Shown: in pieces, positions 24,380-37,082 of the stretch | How the letters are laid out: the number at the start of each line of letters is the position of its first letter | How positions within the stretch are numbered: position 1 is the first letter of the stretch | Assembly: GCF_001194135.2 (NCBI RefSeq) | Contig: NC_068997.1 | Span: 39,748,407 to 39,799,096 of the forward strand | Length of the DNA: 50,690 bases | Origin: Octopus bimaculoides | Lineage: Eukaryota | Direction: 5' to 3' | Position numbers and translations under genes: made by a program | The notes under the pieces: generated by a model | Database searches by the model: none | Told to the model about the DNA's origin: nothing | The model's input: the letters and a program-made list of their open reading frames with translations, nothing else

Positions 24380-25074
24380 NNNNNNNNNNNNNNNNNNNNN
24401 NNNNNNNNNNNNNNNNNNNNNNNNNNNNNNNNNNNNNNNNNNNNNNNNNNNNNNNNNNNNNNNNNNNNNNNNNNNNNNNNNNNNNNNNNNNNNNNNNNNN
24501 NNNNNNNNNNNNNNNNNNNNNNNNNNNNNNNNNNNNNNNNNNNNNNNNNNNNNNNNNNNNNNNNNNNNNNNNNNNNNNNNNNNNNNNNNNNNNNNNNNNN
24601 NNNNNNNNNNNNNNNNNNNNNNNNNNNNNNNNNNNNNNNNNNNNNNNNNNNNNNNNNNNNNNNNNNNNNNNNNNNNNNNNNNNNNNNNNNNNNNNNNNNN
24701 NNNNNNNNNNNNNNNNNNNNNNNNNNNNNNNNNNNNNNNNNNNNNNNNNNNNNNNNNNNNNNNNNNNNNNNNNNNNNNNNNNNNNNNNNNNNNNNNNNNN
24801 NNNNNNNNNNNNNNNNNNNNNNNNNNNNNNNNNNNNNNNNNNNNNNNNNNNNNNNNNNNNNNNNNNNNNNNNNNNNNNNNNNNNNNNNNNNNNNNNNNNN
24901 NNNNNNNNNNNNNNNNNNNNNNNNNNNNNNNNNNNNNNNNNNNNNNNNNNNNNNNNNNNNNNNNNNNNNNNNNNNNNNNNNNNNNNNNNNNNNNNNNNNN
25001 NNNNNNNNNNNNNNNNNNNNNNNNNNNNNNNNNNNNNNNNNNNNNTGGTGAGTGGAGGGTCAACAGGCAGTTTT

Positions 25075-25275
25075 TGAGTATGTGTATGTTCATGTGTGTG
25101 TTTGTGTGGGGTTGTAGGTGTTGGGTACGTGTGCGTGTGTGTGTGTGATTGTGATGTGTGTGGGTTGTGAGTGTTAGGTACGTGTGCGTGTGTGTGTATG
25201 CGCGTGTGTGTTTATGTGTGACCGTGTGCGTGTGCGTGCGCGTGTGTGTGTATTTTTTGTGCGTATATATATATA
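25075..25275. repeat. Degenerate (GT)n microsatellite
   Basis: Direct. Confidence 0.9.
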
Positions 25276-25373
25276 TATAGTAAATCCCAAAAAGAACAAA
25301 CAAAAAAAACAACAAAGTGAGGAGGTGATACATGTAATATATTAGCAGACACACAGGAAAGGAAAAAAAATGG

Positions 25374-25408
25374 TTTAACGTTTCGAGTAGACGCTCTTCT
25401 TCGGAAAG
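25374..25408 (-). ncRNA. Decayed minimal hammerhead-like motif (U4C), related to 4451-4487
   Basis: CTTT-CCGAAGA-A-GAG(CGTCTA)CTC-GAA-ACGT-T^AAAC. Confidence 0.45.
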
Positions 25409-26060
25409 AGAGGTAAATGCAATAGAAGGGAAGAAGGAGGAGGAAAATCGCCAACGAGTCACATGTGGTTACATTTTGAAATGACTGGAATTTGAATGGC
25501 TGAAGAAAAAGGTCTAAGACAGGAGAGTGTCAGAGAAAAAGGTATAGTGTGTATGCATGTGTATGTGCGTGCACGTAGGTCTGTGTATGTGTCTGTGTAA
25601 TAGCACGTGTGTGTGCGTATGTGTGTGTATGTGTTGTGTGTGTGTGTGTGTATGGTTTTGGCTGTTTATATGTGTATGTCTGAGTGAACTTTGTGTCGCT
25701 TACTGTTGTAGGAAGAATTTAGTAGTAGGAGTGGCTGTCTTTTGTGTAGTGTGTCTCTTCACATATGCGTAGAGGAATGGTCAGTAGAAAGGTGTTTAAC
25801 TGGCAGTTTGAAGTATGTGTGCGCGCGTGTGTATGTATGTGTGTGCGTGTATGTGCGCGTGTGTATATGTCCATGTATCTGTAATTGTGTGCGTGTATGT
25901 ATGAGTGTGTTTGTGTGTGAGTGGGGGGGGCATGTGTGACTTCATATGCGTGTGCGTGTGTGTATGTGTGTGCGTGTTTATATGTGTAAGCGTGTGTCTG
26001 CGTGTAAGTGTATGTGTGTGTGTGTACATGTGTGATGTATATATATTTATGTGTGTATGT

Positions 26061-26184
26061 CTTTGTGTCTGTATTTGTCCCTTTCCCAACCATCGTTTGA
26101 CAACCGATGTTGGTGTGTTTGCGTCGCCGTTGATAAAATAAGTACTAGGCTTACAAAGAATAAGTCCTGGGGTCGATTTCTTTG
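26061..26184 (+). mobile_element. SINE family 1, partial 3' half
   Basis: TTGACAACCGATGTTGGTGTGTTT..ATAAGTACTAGGCTTACAAAGAATAAGTCCTGGGGTCGAT. Confidence 0.85.
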
Positions 26185-26528
26185 AGAAGAGACAGATAAA
26201 AGCACGGACTGTTTTAACAAAGTCGCGTCTTGTCCTTACCTTCGAAACGCGGAGTAGATAAAACAAGGGACAACTGATGAAGTTCTTTATGTTGTATGTC
26301 TCGTTTCTCTGTTTTTTTTCATCGTTCAAAAAAAGTTCGTTTTCTATGTTTTTGTCTTTTATGTCCTCGTTTCTCATTCTGTCCACGTTTTTTTAATGTC
26401 CTGTACCCATATATGCATGTATATATATACATATATATGTAGGTATGTACATATATGTATGTATATATGCATATATTTATATATTATTTATATTATTATA
26501 TGATCGAACGCCACGCATCCTTTTCCAA

Positions 26529-26570
<42 letters not shown>

Positions 26571-26688
26571 NNNNNNNNNNNNNNNNNNNNNNNNNNNNNN
26601 NNNNNNNNNNNNNNNNNNNNNNNNNNNNNNNNNNNNNNNNNNNNNNNNNNNNNNNNNNNNNNNNNNNNNNNNNNNNNNNNNNNNNNNN

Positions 26689-26734
<46 letters not shown>

Positions 26735-27539
26735 TGTGTGTGCGTGTGTGTGTATATATGTATATATATGTGGGCATATATATATATATATATATATATA
26801 TACACGCACACACACATTCATACACGCATAGATACATAAGCGCGTGCGCACACACGCACACACATATATGTGCATGTGTTAATGTCTTATAAATGTCGCA
26901 GTTTTAATTGCTCGCTAATAATTACATCTAAATTCCCAATTATTTGTGGATTTTACCTTGGATTAGGGCGGTTCCAATTTCTAATGGCTTTAAAGGCCAA
27001 CCATATACAATCGAACAAATTATCCCTGTTGACTATCAGTTGGTTGTGATCTTATATGTGGTCTTATGATATATCAGACCGTGTAATGTGTAACACTAAG
27101 GTTCTCCACCCTGAGACTCTGAAATCTGGAATATCATTATCCATTACAAGATGTAAATATCTATATTTATAAATATATACCGAAGACTCTATATCTTAAG
27201 TTTATTATATTATCCTTTCGCCACATATAAGATAAATATATCTGCTGTCATTAATAATTACACCAGTGCACTAGTTGATATATATTTATTTAGAGCTTTA
27301 AAATATCATTTAAATTATCTGTCACATCACTCAGTAAAGTAGAGGATAAAACAGAAATTATTGCTGCAAATATGTCTAAACAGCTTTGGAGAGCTGGAAA
27401 ATGCTTGTTATCAAAATACATAGCTGTAGTATTTTTGTAATTTTATTGCTCGTTTATTAGATGTGAATATTTCATTTTGGGAAGAGAATGAAGTTGAGGT
27501 ATATTACTACACTACAGTTTTATGTACATATAAGCATAC

Positions 27540-27583
<44 letters not shown>

Positions 27584-27632
27584 NNNNNNNNNNNNNNNNN
27601 NNNNNNNNNNNNNNNNNNNNNNNNNNNNNNNN

Positions 27633-27666
<34 letters not shown>

Positions 27667-27667
27667 T

Positions 27668-28200
27668 GACTGTTTAACAAAAGCAATGAATCTTCTGAAC
27701 AATGTGGGGCATCTTGTTGAACTGGGGGCGATTTGGTTTTCCCAGATGGGAAGAACATCTGTTAGAACTAGCTGCACAATGCGCAGAACAACAGTTAGAT
27801 CGCATACAATCTATGTAATGTCCCATGTATCGTGTAAAGCAAGTTCCTCTAAACTGTTATGGGCTTTGCATGTGTCTTCAGTGGCAATGACGTCATGCCG
27901 TCCCACACTTTTGAGCAGGGTCGTAGGTTCAATTCAGATAGCTATGTGAAGCTGCTGAAAACTTTAGTTAATTCCCGGTTGGAAAGGTTTGCTGATGGGA
28001 GTTCATGTGTGTGGCAGCAGGATTTGACTCTTTGCCATACCTCCGGAAAAAGTCAGTGGTGGTTATCGGAGAATTTCTATAACTTCTTCAATCACATGGA
28101 TTTCTCTGTGTGGGGCATAATTGAGAATGACACCAACTGCTTTGCCTGCAGCAACAAGGACGAGCTAGTGGCCATGATATGTCTAAACAACTTTAAAGAG
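27668..28200 (+). mobile_element. Tc1/mariner transposase relic, maT (DD37D)-like
   Basis: ORF 27859-28239 reads CVFSGNDVMPSHTFEQG..YVKLL..WQQDLTLCHTSGKSQWWLSENF..NHMDFSVWG; the upstream frames give the decayed equivalent of the WFFSDEK region. The last catalytic position reads D (NPMD-like). Confidence 0.85.
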
Positions 28201-28318
28201 CTTGAAAATATGTGTGTAAATGTATTATTCATGTATTAGACGTGAAAGTTTCATTTTGAGAATAGAATGACGCAGAAGTACATCATTACATACTGTTTTA
28301 TGTACAAATACGCATACT

Positions 28319-28415
<97 letters not shown>

Positions 28416-28504
28416 TACTGGTGCGCGCGTGAGTGTGTGCGTGTCGCTTAAAACGTTAAAACCTGTTTCAAGCTTACTTAACATTCACACCCCTGAGTGT
28501 CCAA

Positions 28505-28687
28505 ACACCCGCCAAACGGAAGAGGACACCCGTTAGTCGCAGGGTCACCCACCCTACACCAGCTATCCCCGAACCATATCTCCAACCGAGTGAACTGAAC
28601 CAACATGAAATAACGTGCCAGACCGGGAACAGAAGCCACGACTAATAATCGCGGACCAACCACTCAAATGAATACTCCACGTGCCAT
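28505..28687 (-). mobile_element. SINE family 3, degenerate
   Basis: The reverse complement gives a tRNA-like head, TTATTTCATGTTGGTTCAGTTCACTC and GTGACCCTGCGACT, similar to 46917-47050. Confidence 0.55.
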
Positions 28688-29929
28688 CAATACATATATA
28701 GATACATACAATATATAGATACATACATATATAAATACAGTACATAGCAAACACGCGCGCGTGCACGTTTATATCCTTTTTATTTCCATAGTCATACACG
28801 AACATTAACAATTGCAAAAGCGTTGACCTTTTAACATATCTTGCTTCAAAATTTGCTTCATGCATCTCTCTATTAATAACAGAGACTATCATGAATCAGT
28901 CTTATGAATTTAACATCTATCGACACTTCAGTCAGCGACAAGGAACAAACAATTCTTCCCTTAATATTTACAATGTATAAACGTATTCATAACATTGAAT
29001 CTTAGATCGTTTAAAGTGCGAAGACACTGAGCAAGACGGGGGGAAATTTCAGTGTCTGAATGTACTTGAGTTATTTAAAACAAACCGAGTTCAACGAGTA
29101 AAGAATTCATTGAATATAAGAAGAATTTTATAAATATTTATAACATAATGAAAATAGTCTTTAATTTAGTGTTATGATATATGGAGCTTTAGGGAATTCA
29201 ACGCTGACGTTTAACGAAGGAAAACACGTTTACTTATATCTGTTTTATAAATGTAGGATCATTAAGAGAATCATGTTTAACGTCAGCAAGATGAAAGATA
29301 AATAGTCATTTACATATAAATATAAGTTTACAAATTTTGGCAATATGGAAGGAGAGCGACAGGAGCCGGCTTTCACTAAAAATAGTAGTCTGCAATTGTA
29401 GTTTCTCATTAGGACTTATTCTTTGAGTGACACGTTAATAAAGGGGATTTAATAATGGAGACATGCATAAATTCACATATGTATGTATGCGTATATGCAT
29501 GCATGTGTGCATGTATATGCGTGCATATATATATGTGTGTGTGTTTGTATGTAGGTATATGCGTGCATATACATATATATATGTGTGTGTGTGTGTGTGT
29601 GCTTGTGTGTAGATATGTGCGTGTTAGTGTATGTCTGTGGTATGTATGCATATGCTTGTGTGTATGTATGACATATATGTGAATATGCTTGTATTTAGAA
29701 ATAAATAATAACCAATGTACGTTTGAATACTAGCTCCTAGTGCTCAAGGTTTGATTTCAGCAGTATGATTATATGGAACTACCTGAATTCGGAGATAGAC
29801 AGATATTTGCCTTTCATCTTTTAAACAGTATGATTGCAGAGATAACACGAGATCTGACAAGCATGTCGGGGTCTAAATTAACCAAGTTAGCAACAGGAAA
29901 ACACACATATAAAACCATTAAAACTCCCC

Positions 29930-30098
29930 GCATATATATCCATATATATACATATATGTGTGTATGGTTGTGTAAGTGTGTGTTTGTATGTGTGCGTGTG
30001 TGCGTGCGTGCGTGTGCGTCAGTGTCTATTATATATACATACATATATGTACATATACATGTATATGTATACGTATATATATATATATATATATACAG

Positions 30099-30160
<62 letters not shown>

Positions 30161-30162
30161 AT

Positions 30163-30228
<66 letters not shown>

Positions 30229-30675
30229 ATATACATATATATATATATATATATATAAATATACACACACACATAAATATATATACATATATTGATATAT
30301 ACACATATGCACGCACATATATACATATGTGTGTGCGCGTGTGCATGTGTGTATGTATGTGTGTGCATGTATGTGTATGTGTGTGTGTATGTGCGTGTGT
30401 GCGTGTGTCTGTATTATACATATATATATTGTATATTTATATATATATACATACATATATATATACGTATACATACATATGCATACACATGTATGTACAT
30501 ATATATGTGTGTATATATATACATATATATACACATATATGTGAATATATATGTATATATATATATACACATATATACACTCATGTATATGTATACATAT
30601 ATATGTGTGTGTGTATGTATGTGTGCGTGCGTGCATGCGTGTGTGTGTGCGTGTGTTTGTGTGTGTGTGTGTGTT
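29930..30675. repeat. Long compound (TA)/(CA)/(GT) microsatellite
   Basis: Direct. Confidence 0.95.
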
Positions 30676-31520
30676 GTTTACACCACCTGTCCTTGTCTGT
30701 CATTGTTTTTTTTCGTACATTCTCCCACATATAATACACGCTCACGTGGTCGCACCAGCTAATCCTGTCTCCACTCATCAAACACGAACTTCTGGATTCT
30801 ACCTTCTTTCATTCTGGATTTACTCTTTCTGGACTGTTTTATTCTGAACTCTACACCCTCCGGCTGCACCTCTCCTACCCACGGATTACACTGGACCCAT
30901 CTTCTGTCTGATTGGAAATCGCCTCAATATACCACTACATCTAAAAAACTTTTGAACTTTTGAACTTTTCCNNNNNNNNNNNNNNNNNNNNNNNNNNNNN
31001 NNNNNNNNNNNNNNNNNNNNNNNNNNNNNNNNNNNNNNNNNNNNNNNNNNNNNNNNNNNNNNNNNNNNNNNNNNNNNNNNNNNNNNNNNNNNNNNNNNNN
31101 NNNNNNNNNNNNNNNNNNNNNNNNNNNNNNNNNNNNNNNNNNNNNNNNNNNNNNNNNNNNNNNNNNNNNNNNNNNNNNNNNNNNNNNNNNNNNNNNNNNN
31201 NNNNNNNNNNNNNNNNNNNNNNNNNNNNNNNNNNNNNNNNNNNNNNNNNNNNNNNNNNNNNNNNNNNNNNNNNNNNNNNNNNNNNNNNNNNNNNNNNNNN
31301 NNNNNNNNNNNNNNNNNNNNNNNNNNNNNNNNNNNNNNNNNNNNNNNNNNNNNNNNNNNNNNNNNNNNNNNNNNNNNNNNNNNNNNNNNNNNNNNNNNNN
31401 NNNNNNNNNNNNNNNNNNNNNTATATACATATATAGCTAACTAGCTAGATAGATAGATAAATAGCCATATAGATAGATAGATAGATATGCATGTACAAAC
31501 ATATTTGTGATTGTCATAAT

Positions 31521-31690
31521 GCCTGTGTTTGTCTCCCACCACCACTTGACAGCCGGTGTTGGTGTGTTTACGTACCAGTAAAAGAATAAGTACTCGGGTC
31601 AATTCATTTGACTAAACATATTCTTGAAGGCGGTGCCACAGCATGGCCGCAGTCAAATGGCTGAAACCTATAAAAAATAAATGATAAAAG
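31521..31690 (+). mobile_element. SINE family 1, 3' half
   Basis: CACTTGACAGCCGGTGTTGGTGTGTTTACG..GCGGTGCCACAGCATGGCCGCAGTCAAATGGCTGAAAC. Confidence 0.85.
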
Positions 31691-32262
31691 CAGACTGGTT
31701 GAATCTTCAATTAAGGTATGGTGGTAGCCGTTTCTGAATTTCCCGGCGCAACTTTGCCTTTCTTTAACGAGAAGTTTACCATTTTATCTTTTTGATATAT
31801 TTATATGTTTTGCGCTACATAATTTCTTTGGGAACATTGTTGCCAAAACTTCACAGATAAAATGTTAATTCTGGGCCTCTGCGAATGTATAAATATCTTC
31901 AGGGATAAAACATGTCTGAATTCTAGTTATACTCAACCAGAATGAGAACCAGCCAAAACAAAATTACCACTCTTCTCCATGTATTTGCTGTTCTGTATCT
32001 TTTCCATATGATTTAATCCAAAACTATTTGGGAACTAAGCTAAATGTTCTTATACATTCTTGCACACCACACAAACACAGACGCGTGTACACACGTATGC
32101 GTACTCAATCATGCTAAAGCACAAGTGCACGCATGCACACATTCACGTAATATATGTCTGTGTATGTATGTATGTACTTATGTGCGTATGCATGTATATT
32201 ATACAGGGCGAGAGAGAGATAGGCTGACTGAGACGAACACAGACAGAGAAAGAGAGGAAGTC

Positions 32263-32327
<65 letters not shown>

Positions 32328-33354
32328 TATATATATATATGTGGGTGTTTATTTAAATGGGGATTACAAATGTATTATTATAATATTTATCATCACGTAT
32401 AATATGCATGTGTACGTGCATTTGTTTGTGCTTGTGAATATGAATATATCTACGTGTCGACATACATATGTGAATATGTAAACTCTTGGGCACGAAACTA
32501 TGTATGGACGTATTTTACATTTAAATGGTGATTAGAAATGTATAAATCAATCAGCATTATTATTATAGGACAGCTATATTTTAAGATAAACCATCGCCGA
32601 AATTGGGCTTTTGCTGTTCGGTGGGTATATAATACGAAGAGACATACATACGTACATACATTCATAAATGCATACACACACTAACATACATGTACATAAA
32701 TCATATATTGATACAGCGCTGTGTCCATACATAAATACATTTATGTATACATGTAAAAATACATAAAGCACATCCATGTAAATATTGTATGTGCGGATGG
32801 AAATGTGCGTATGTGTAATTATATTTATACATTACAAATGGACTTAGCGTATCTATTTAAAATTGGTGCATTTAATTTTCATTTTCTTATATATTTTCAT
32901 TTGAGTTCTTTTAAAATATTAAAATGTGAAATATTAAAATTCCAATGTCAATTTTGATGACATTTCTAGGTTGCTGGTTTTATTTCCAAGATTGAATAAG
33001 TTTAAATGCTTACACAAATAATACGGCAAAAACCGGAGACTAATATTGTAATAGCTTTTAATATCCACATGCAAACTAAAATCAAGATATGAACATTAGT
33101 TCAGACACATAAAAAATGGTTGCGAATTTCAAAACTTTACTCATGATGACTACAAGAGTAATTGAAACGTAAATTATGACCTCAGCGGGAACGAGATCAC
33201 TTAAGATTCCGGTAAGAAATCTTTCATGTCTCACATGTGCCTATGTTTTACATATACGTATGTATGCATGTACATATACATATATACATATACACATATA
33301 TACACATACATATATACATACACATACATATATACATACACATACATATATATA

Positions 33355-33583
33355 TTCTTTTCTTCTTTTTCTTCTTTCAGTCAATTGACTGCAGTCATAC
33401 TGGAGCACCGCTTTAAAGAGTGTTAGTCGAAGAAATCGACCCAGGACTTATTCTTTCTAAGCCTATACTTATTCTATCAGTGACTTTGCCGAACCGCTAA
33501 GTTGCGGTGAAATAAACCAACCAGCATTGTTTGTCAAGCGATGGCGAGGGTGGTGCAAACACAGACACAGACACACACACACA

Positions 33584-33625
<42 letters not shown>

Positions 33626-33695
33626 AAACGGGTTTATCCACTAATAAGGCTTTGGTCGACCCGAGGCTATAGTAGAAGACACTTGGGCAAGGTAC
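33355..33695 (-). mobile_element. SINE family 1 with internal (CA)n and truncated head
   Basis: Tail 33355-33560, (CA)n, head fragment AAGGCTTTGGTCGACCCGAGGCTATAGTAGAAGACACTTG. Confidence 0.85.
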
Positions 33696-34141
33696 TACAT
33701 ATATATATATATGTATATATATATGTATGTGTGCGTGTGTGTGTATGTATGTATGTATGTACGTATGTATGTATATACATATGTATATAATAGATTTAAT
33801 TGTAGATCGATCTGATTATTTATAGAATTAATAATCGAATTGGTTTATCTATTTGAAAATATAGCCACGAAACGTGCGTAATCATTCTTATTCCATTTAC
33901 TAGTTATATTTTCTATGTACTTTATTGTATTTTTAGAATAAGGTGTTTATGATATATTTATTTTCTGGAGGGTATGAATTATATTCTTCATTACTGAATT
34001 ATTTAATAGTGTTTTTTCTCTAAATTATATACATATATTTTATATTAGGAAATTTGATTTAGTTTTGCTAAATTGAATTTTTCCCGGTAAGTTTGGATTT
34101 TATTCCCTAAAATTATTATAATTAATATTATAAGATTCCGG

Positions 34142-34352
34142 TAAGATTCCGGTAAGAAATCTTTCATGTCTCACATGTGCCTATGTTTTACATATACGTA
34201 TGTATGCATGTACATATACATATATACATATACACATATATACACATACATATATACATACACATACATATATATATTCTTTTCTTCTTTTTCTTCTTTC
34301 AGTCAATTGACTGCGGTCATACTGGAGCACCGCTTTAAGGAGTGTTAGTCGA
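34142..34352. repeat. Near-identical direct copy of 33202-33430
   Basis: Two substitutions and an 18-nt microsatellite length difference by manual comparison; includes the terminal about 75 nt of the SINE. Confidence 0.9.
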
Positions 34353-35065
34353 GGGTAAGATCAAGAAGAAAAGTACTCCATCCTTCTATTTATTTCTAGT
34401 GAGACAAATTTTATTTAATAAGCACAATATATGTCTTTATGTGCTACAGTTAGTTTTTTTGCGAAGCATGCCAGATAGTATTTTTAACACGTCTGATGTC
34501 CAGCACAATCTTCAGTCACATGGCATAATAGGTTAAAAATAGGACGATCGGATGAGTGAAAAAAAATTAGAAAAGTAGATTAGTAGCGACTATGATTTTA
34601 AGGCCTAATTGACGGAAGGTAGAGGTAAGTTGTTTCCTTAATTTGTCTAGGTGTGACCATCACAGCCATGAGAAATACCCAGTCCATCGCCTCGGTATGG
34701 ACCAACGTCGTGTGATGAGTACTTTGATCTTAATGTGTTTAATGCAAAGAGACCCATAAGATCTTAGATGTCAACAGTATCACATGATGTCATTGATACA
34801 TCGACCAATTCATCATTTTCTCGCATCCTATCGTCATATTTTTAGATTGTTATGCCAGGTGAGCAGCACCCGAAGATAGCGTTCAGACACCAAACGTGTT
34901 AAAAATACTGTCTGCTATGCTTTCATTACATGAAAGTAATAGTAGCACATAAAAACATGTATTTCGTTTATTTCATATNNNNNNNNNNNNNNNNNNNNNN
35001 NNNNNNNNNNNNNNNNNNNNNNNNNNNTATATAATATTATATTATACATTTTATATATATGTATA

Positions 35066-35108
<43 letters not shown>

Positions 35109-35168
35109 GTGTTTGTGTATATATATATACACACACACACATATATATGTGTGGGTGTGTTTGTGTAT

Positions 35169-35205
<37 letters not shown>

Positions 35206-35589
35206 CATGTGTGACTGAAGATATTGATTAGTGATATGAAAGTTTAATCTGGCGACGGTCCGACTGTTCTCAGCAATGAAATACCAGAATCAAATAACCA
35301 TTACATGTGTGTGTGTGTGCGCGCACGCTTGCGCGTACGTGCAAGTGCGGCATAATAGTTATAGGAAAATAAACTGTATAAACCGAAGCATTTTCCTAAT
35401 TCAGAATTGTTTTGATTAAAAACAGAAAGATTAACTCTTGTGTTGTTAGAGTATTTGACGATTTGTGAAACACATGGAGAAAAGTCAAAATCTTTAAACT
35501 TGCATGCATTATGCTAATATTGTAAGGCGAGTTATTTTGTGAGCTGTAACGTACATGGTTTCTTAAATGCTCTAATTACACGGGTCTAG

Positions 35590-35740
35590 TAGTTTTGACG
35601 GGAGGAGATTAGTCGATTACATTGATCCCAGTGTTACTTTATTTCCACAGATTTATGAAAGGGTTCGCTCGGTGAGATTTCAAGTCAGAAAGTAAAGAGT
35701 CGAAAGAAGTACCGCAATGCATTTATCTGATGCCTTTATT
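35590..35740 (-). mobile_element. SINE family 2 variant, degenerate
   Basis: AGTCGATTACATTGATCCCAGTG..GAGATTTCAAGTCAGAAAGTAAAGAG..ACCGCAATGCATTT is the reverse complement of the family 2 body. Confidence 0.65.
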
Positions 35741-36256
35741 ATTCTCTCAACTTACTACCTTGAGGCACATCTATATTAATTGTGATTAATTAATTGTACA
35801 TCTGTTATGAACACCGTAGTAAATTAATGTATTAATGAGTGTCATAAAGTAGCAACATGGATTAAAGTTGCAATATAGATTGAAGAATGAAAGTTAGATT
35901 ATGCATTTAGTTACTAGCATAATGTCTAACTTATTATTAATATAGTCACTGTATAAAAGCTATGTGGAAGTTTTTATAACATATTAGAGACTTTAGTGAA
36001 GATTGCAATGCAGTTGTATTTATACTAATAAGCAATATTTTCTAGCTGTTCATTTCTGCATTCATGAATAGATTTACATTAGGTGGGAAAAAGAAAAAAT
36101 ACATGGAACTGGTAACTGTGAGAAGAAATATGCTGTGGTACGATAGATGTTATGTTCGTTAATTAATGTAGGAGTTGAATGTAAAATATATGAGGAAATT
36201 TAGGTGTTTTTTTTCAAGAATAACTGAAGTGTAAGGCGGTGAACTGAAGTGTAAAT

Positions 36257-36432
36257 GTAAGGAGGTGAGGCGGTGGAATCGTTAGCACACTGGGCAAAAT
36301 GCTTAGCATCATTTCCTTCTGAGTTCAAATGCTGCAGGGTCGATTTTGCTTTTCATCTTTTCGGGGTCGATGTAATCGATTAGTCCCCTCTCCCTTAATT
36401 TCAGGGCTTGTGCTTATAGTAGAAAGGATTAT
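36257..36432 (+). mobile_element. SINE family 2
   Basis: GGAATCGTTAGCACACTGGGCAAAATGCTTAGC..TTTTCATCTTTTCGGGGTCGATG. Confidence 0.85.
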
Positions 36433-36441
36433 GTATAAGTG

Positions 36442-36656
36442 TAAGGCGGCGAGTTTATAGAATCATTTGCAGGCTAGGCAAAATGCTTAGCAGCATGTCC
36501 TCCGTCTTTACCTTCTGGGTTCAATGGCGGTCGGGGTCAACTTTTCTTTTCATCCGTTCGGGGTCGATAAAATAAGTACCAGTTGATCACTGGGGTCGAT
36601 TTCATCCACTTAGCCACTACCCTGCAATTGCTGGCTTTGTACCAAAATTTTAAACC
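36442..36656 (+). mobile_element. SINE family 2, directly in tandem with the previous copy
   Basis: TAAGGCGGCGAG..GGCAAAATGCTTAGC..GGGGTCGATAAAATAAGTACCAGTTG..CCAAAATTTTAAACC. Confidence 0.85.
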
Positions 36657-36690
36657 AACATATATGTGTCAGAAAAACTTATAAGAAAAA

Positions 36691-36744
36691 CCACTAACGA
36701 GAATTAAGATGCTCTGCATCAAATTTCGAAATCACGTGATATGG
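36691..36744 (+). ncRNA. Hammerhead-like motif with G5A core change and palindromic stem III
   Basis: CCA-CTAACGA-GAATT..GATGC(TCT)GCATC..AATTTC-GAA-ATCACGTGAT-A^TGG. Confidence 0.6.
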
Positions 36745-36971
36745 CTGTTTGCGACCGGAAGGAGCTTCATCTAGCTTGTGAGCTTACTAAGATAGTGCTT
36801 TTGTGGCTAAGGTGTCGTTTTGACTCATATTTCTAGCAATGTTGGTACCACTTTGTACCCTCTGTCACTTTAGTGACGTCTATAAATTTGCCTTTAGGTT
36901 GTTAAATTGCTAATAAGCCACCCACATTATATATATGTAAAGAATAAAAAGTTTTGAAAGATGCAACAATG

Positions 36972-37017
36972 CACTATAATATATTTCGGAATAAAATTTC
37001 TTCTTCAGATATTAAGG
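36972..37017 (-). ncRNA. Minimal type-I hammerhead motif (left arm of the palindrome)
   Basis: AATAT-CTGAAGA-A-GAAAT(TTT)ATTCC-GAA-ATATAT-T^ATAG; one stem II mismatch. Confidence 0.6.
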
Positions 37018-37036
37018 GCAAGGCTGCGGAACAAGT

Positions 37037-37082
37037 CCTTAATATCTGAAGATGGAATTCTATTCCGAAATATATTATAGTG
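37037..37082 (+). ncRNA. Minimal type-I hammerhead motif (right arm of the palindrome), canonical core
   Basis: AATAT-CTGAAGA-T-GGAAT(TCT)ATTCC-GAA-ATATAT-T^ATAG; 5-bp stem II, self-complementary stem III, weak AU stem I. Confidence 0.7.

Noticed and set aside
26235-26285. CTTCGAAACGCGG followed by CTGATGAAG
   Set aside because: The hammerhead boxes are in the wrong order for type I and no type II stems form; at most fragments of tandem PLE termini.
30735-30790. Minus-strand TTGATGA-GTGG..CCAC-GTGA
   Set aside because: Stem II is plausible but GAAA, C3 and stem I are all lost; not supportable on its own.
32570-32626. Short open frame GQLYFKINHRRNWAFAVR between AG and GTGGGT
   Set aside because: Weak acceptor, no recognised homology and no partner exons.
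33144-33175. ATGATGA-CTACAAGAGTAATT-GAAACGTA, and CCACGAAACGTGCGTA near 33866
   Set aside because: Too many changes are needed to restore core and stems; may be fossils but are indistinguishable from chance.
34830-34865. TTTTTAG-13 nt-GTGAGC microexon-like pattern
   Set aside because: Short pyrimidine tract, frame-shifting length and no supporting gene model.
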